Shown: positions 61,332 to 64,000 of the stretch, piece by piece
How the letters are laid out: the number at the start of each line of letters is the position of its first letter
Position numbering within the stretch: position 1 is the stretch's first letter
Source: an uncultured Methanoregulaceae archaeon
GTDB taxonomy: Archaea; Halobacteriota; Methanomicrobia; Methanomicrobiales; Methanospirillaceae
Assembly: GCA_963841015.1 (NCBI GenBank)
Contig: CAWJAX010000005.1
Coordinates: 96,001 to 160,000 of the forward strand
Length of the DNA stretch: 64,000 nucleotides
Reading direction: 5' to 3'
Position numbers and translations under genes: made by a program
Notes under the pieces: generated by a model
What the model saw: the letters and a program-made list of their open reading frames with translations, nothing else
The model's database searches: none
What the model was told of the DNA's origin: nothing

Positions 61332-62420
61332 TCAATCGAGATACTCTGCCAGCAGCTCGTCATAAAGGCGAACGGCATTATCCTTTGTTGGGGGAACTGA
61401 CGGAAATCCCTTATACTTCATTGCAAGAGGGATATCCTGCTTCAGGTTGAGCTGGTACTGACTTTTCGAATAAAACCAGCCCATCTTTTCGTAATAATAG
61501 GAAAGATATTCCTGTTCAGGTTGTCCCGGGGTTGGAATAAAGAGCCCATGGTGCTTATTGAGTTCAGCAAGTTCCATCATTGAAGTATACCCCGAGCGGC
61601 AGATTACAAACTTCGCCCGGTTCATGAGGCGTATTTTTTCCTGCGTGGTTGCATAAGAAATAAGCGTACACCTGTCAGAAAGTGATCGTGTCGTTGTTTT
61701 TTGCGGACTGCCCAGCAAGGCTATCGTGGACCCTTCAAGATCGGCCAGCAGGGGTATCAGGATCTCCTCAAGACGTGATCTCTGAGGCTCGGGTCCGGAT
61801 ATCAGGACGAGGTAGTCAAGATCCTGCTCAACATCCATTTTTGGGGTGCTTGAGAGAATTCCTGAAAAAAATACCTTTGAATCGGTCACCCCGCGAACCG
61901 GACGGGATAGTTTTCCCGCAATGGATGTCGCCCCAGGAGGATTATCGGGAACAATGACCCGGGAAAAATTTTCAAACAGGAAGTGATTTGCAACGATTGC
62001 TGAAAGTTCTATGGGCCAGAACGGGAGAGGGAAGTGATAGTGGAGCTGGTGAGTGATAAAGATCGTGGGAATTTTTAACGAATACACCCCGACCCGGTTG
62101 TCACTGATGATAAGATCATAATGGTCTCTTTCAAGAATGTGTTGCAGGTTATGGCGTTCTTCTGCCAGGGCTTTTGACATATTTGGCAGGGATGCAATAA
62201 ACTTCGGGATAAAGAAACGACTGGTGCTGTAAGGCGAAGGGTAATCGTTAAACTCAATGAAGCTGCATTCAGGGAATTCGTGCTGGAGAACGGTGAGTGC
62301 GTTACCGCACGCAGCGATAGTAACCTCGTGGTGATGGTCCAGCAGGCTCCTGATTATAGGAATATCTCTCGTTGCATGACCAAGACCCCAGCTGAGCGGA
62401 GAGAGCAGTACGTGAGCCAT
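61332..62420 (-). CDS. Glycosyltransferase (GT-B, GT28/MurG-like)
   Basis: WGLGHATR, LIISD, ICRSGYTS..E, IPTPGQPEQ. Confidence 0.9.
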   Translation of the reverse strand: MAHVLLSPLSWGLGHATRDIPIIRSLLDHHHEVTIAACGNALTVLQHEFPECSFIEFNDYPSPYSTSRFFIPKFIASLPNMSKALAEERHNLQHILERDHYDLIISDNRVGVYSLKIPTIFITHQLHYHFPLPFWPIELSAIVANHFLFENFSRVIVPDNPPGATSIAGKLSRPVRGVTDSKVFFSGILSSTPKMDVEQDLDYLVLISGPEPQRSRLEEILIPLLADLEGSTIALLGSPQKTTTRSLSDRCTLISYATTQEKIRLMNRAKFVICRSGYTSMMELAELNKHHGLFIPTPGQPEQEYLSYYYEKMGWFYSKSQYQLNLKQDIPLAMKYKGFPSVPPTKDNAVRLYDELLAEYLD

Positions 62421-62546
62421 CCATCATCCCATTAATTCTGCATAGCTGTTTTCCTGCTTGAGTATTGAATGATTCGGATTTGAAATAACCGGAAGTGACA
62501 GCAAACACCCGATGTGTCACCATTATTTTATGAGGTATTTAATCAA

Positions 62547-63427
62547 ATGATTGTTAATATTCATTCAGGAGAGTTCGTATCAATCCGCTGGTCAGACTTC
62601 TACGGTTCGGGGAATATGGGTTATTGTCCATCATTGTCGGATTGTTCGGGGCTTTCCTCGGATCCTCCACAGTAGATATCTCTCTTGTCTACCTGGTGAT
62701 TTTTATCATCGCTTCCTCCGCGTTCGGATTTGTGGTAAATGATATTTCAGATCGTGAGCTGGACGCACAAACACCGTTTCCCAGAAATCCACTGGCAGAT
62801 GGTTCTATGTCCTTGAGGTTTGCTGTTTTCGTGAGCGCTGTCCTTTTCCTTATTACCCTGGGAAGTATGGTGCTCCTTCCGGCAAAGCTGCTCTGGATAG
62901 AAGTGCTGATCCTTTTTATGTTTGTTACGTACTCATTCCTCATTGAGACGAAAAACATTGCCGGACTTGACCTTGTTTATCATGCAGTCCTGCCGATGCT
63001 CTGCGGAATGCTCGGATACCTCCTGTATCACCCGTTCGATCGAATGGGCATCATCTTTTTTTCTCTCCTGGCAATATTTGGCATTATCAGTGAACTCCTC
63101 AATGAAATCCGGGATATTGAAAAGGATCGGAATAAACGGAGAAATTCCGTCATGATCATAGGAGAGCAGGCAGCATTCAAGTGGACCATTGCACTCATGG
63201 TTCTTGCGTTGATACTCTGCGCCTTCCTCGTCTCAGTAGAAATGGGTTATTACTGGCTGCTCCCGTTATTCCCCCTCGGGCTGATTCTTATTAAACCGGT
63301 GTTCAGGGCGATGAATGATGAGAGCTACAAGAAAAAATTTGTTAACGATATGAATACCCAGACAATCAAAGTCGCTGGCATCTCACTTCTTGTTTATTGC
63401 GTACTCCGGTTTTTTGGCTTCATGTGA
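62547..63427 (+). CDS. UbiA-family prenyltransferase; start region probably frameshifted
   Basis: NDISDRELD, RNPLADG, NEIRDIEKD, multiple TM helices. The frame is open upstream (LVRLLRF) to near ATG 62547, which is out of frame. Confidence 0.85.
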
Positions 63428-63463
63428 TAAAATTTCAAAGAGACCTCCCCTGAGCACCAAATA

Positions 63464-64000
63464 TTATTCCCACCGGTGCTGGTAGCCGCGTTTTTGGACA
63501 GGCTGATTATCAATCAGGACAATTTTTTCTTTAATTGTTGTGCCGATAACCGTATAAGAAACGCCATGAACCGGATGCCAGTGCGGGGGAAGGGTAAAGA
63601 TTAGTTCGTAGTCCCCACCCCCATAAAGAGCAAGTTCACGGGCTTGATTTGCAGGAATCCCGGCAGGAACTGGTAGTTTTGCAGAATCAAGGGAAAATCC
63701 ACATTCATTGACACTGAGCAGGTCCCAAAGTGAAAGGGCAATGCCGTCACTGTCGTCCATCATCGCGCTGACACCTGCTCTGGCAAGACGCTGACCTTCC
63801 TCCACCCGGGGTTGTGGTTCAAAGAGTGCCGTTTTAAACTGGATGTACCCGTCAAGGTATGCCTGTGCCTGGCCGGGTGTACCGGTAATACAGACAAGAT
63901 CCCCGGTTTGTGCACCGGTCCGACGCACAATATGGTCTTTTTCTACAAGTCCGAGTCCGGTAGTTACGACAGTCAGCTCTCCATGACGGTCAATATCCCC
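63464..64000 (-). CDS. thiL: Thiamine-monophosphate kinase, 5'-truncated by the window
   Basis: RRTGA..GDLVCITG, PQPRV, AMMDDSDG, YGGGDYELIFT, GYQH. Confidence 0.93.
   Translation of the reverse strand, partial: GDIDRHGELTVVTTGLGLVEKDHIVRRTGAQTGDLVCITGTPGQAQAYLDGYIQFKTALFEPQPRVEEGQRLARAGVSAMMDDSDGIALSLWDLLSVNECGFSLDSAKLPVPAGIPANQARELALYGGGDYELIFTLPPHWHPVHGVSYTVIGTTIKEKIVLIDNQPVQKRGYQHRWE

Noticed and set aside
1-64000. CRISPR array, prophage, defence island, and the long antisense ORFs in the track (e.g. 7074..7877, 15644..16561, 51603..52370)
   Set aside because: No regularly spaced repeats and no phage or defence genes are seen. The antisense ORFs are shadows of well-supported genes.

Overview
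Core-chromosome segment of a methanogenic archaeon, most consistent with Methanomicrobiales (Methanoregula-like). This rests on archaeal informational genes (rps3ae, rpl11-rpl1-rpl10-rpl12, spt5, secE, ftsZ, aIF5B, rps6e, rps8e, srp19, gar1, tfb, pcc1, ileS, thg1, dtdA), methanopterin genes (mptE, beta-RFAP synthase), hypF/hypB, moeA and four tRNAs (Lys-CTT, His-GTG, Ala-CGC, Ala-TGC). I see no prophage, integrase, transposase or CRISPR array. About 14 genes, many essential, carry single-base indels. The well-supported ones all lie in or within about 4 nt of AGCT or GTAC. This suggests methylation-induced long-read base-calling errors rather than pseudogenes, and hence host methylation of these two motifs. 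Other notable items: a 209-bp MITE with terminal inverted repeats and an 8-bp target duplication; a second MITE-like element sharing an internal GC-rich motif with it; a 73-nt candidate ncRNA with its own promoter and terminator; an L1-binding operator in the rpl1 leader; a tRNA-His lacking encoded G-1 together with Thg1; an ABC permease fused to an intact PrsW-type protease; and an acyl-CoA synthetase gene interrupting the spt5-rpl11 cluster.
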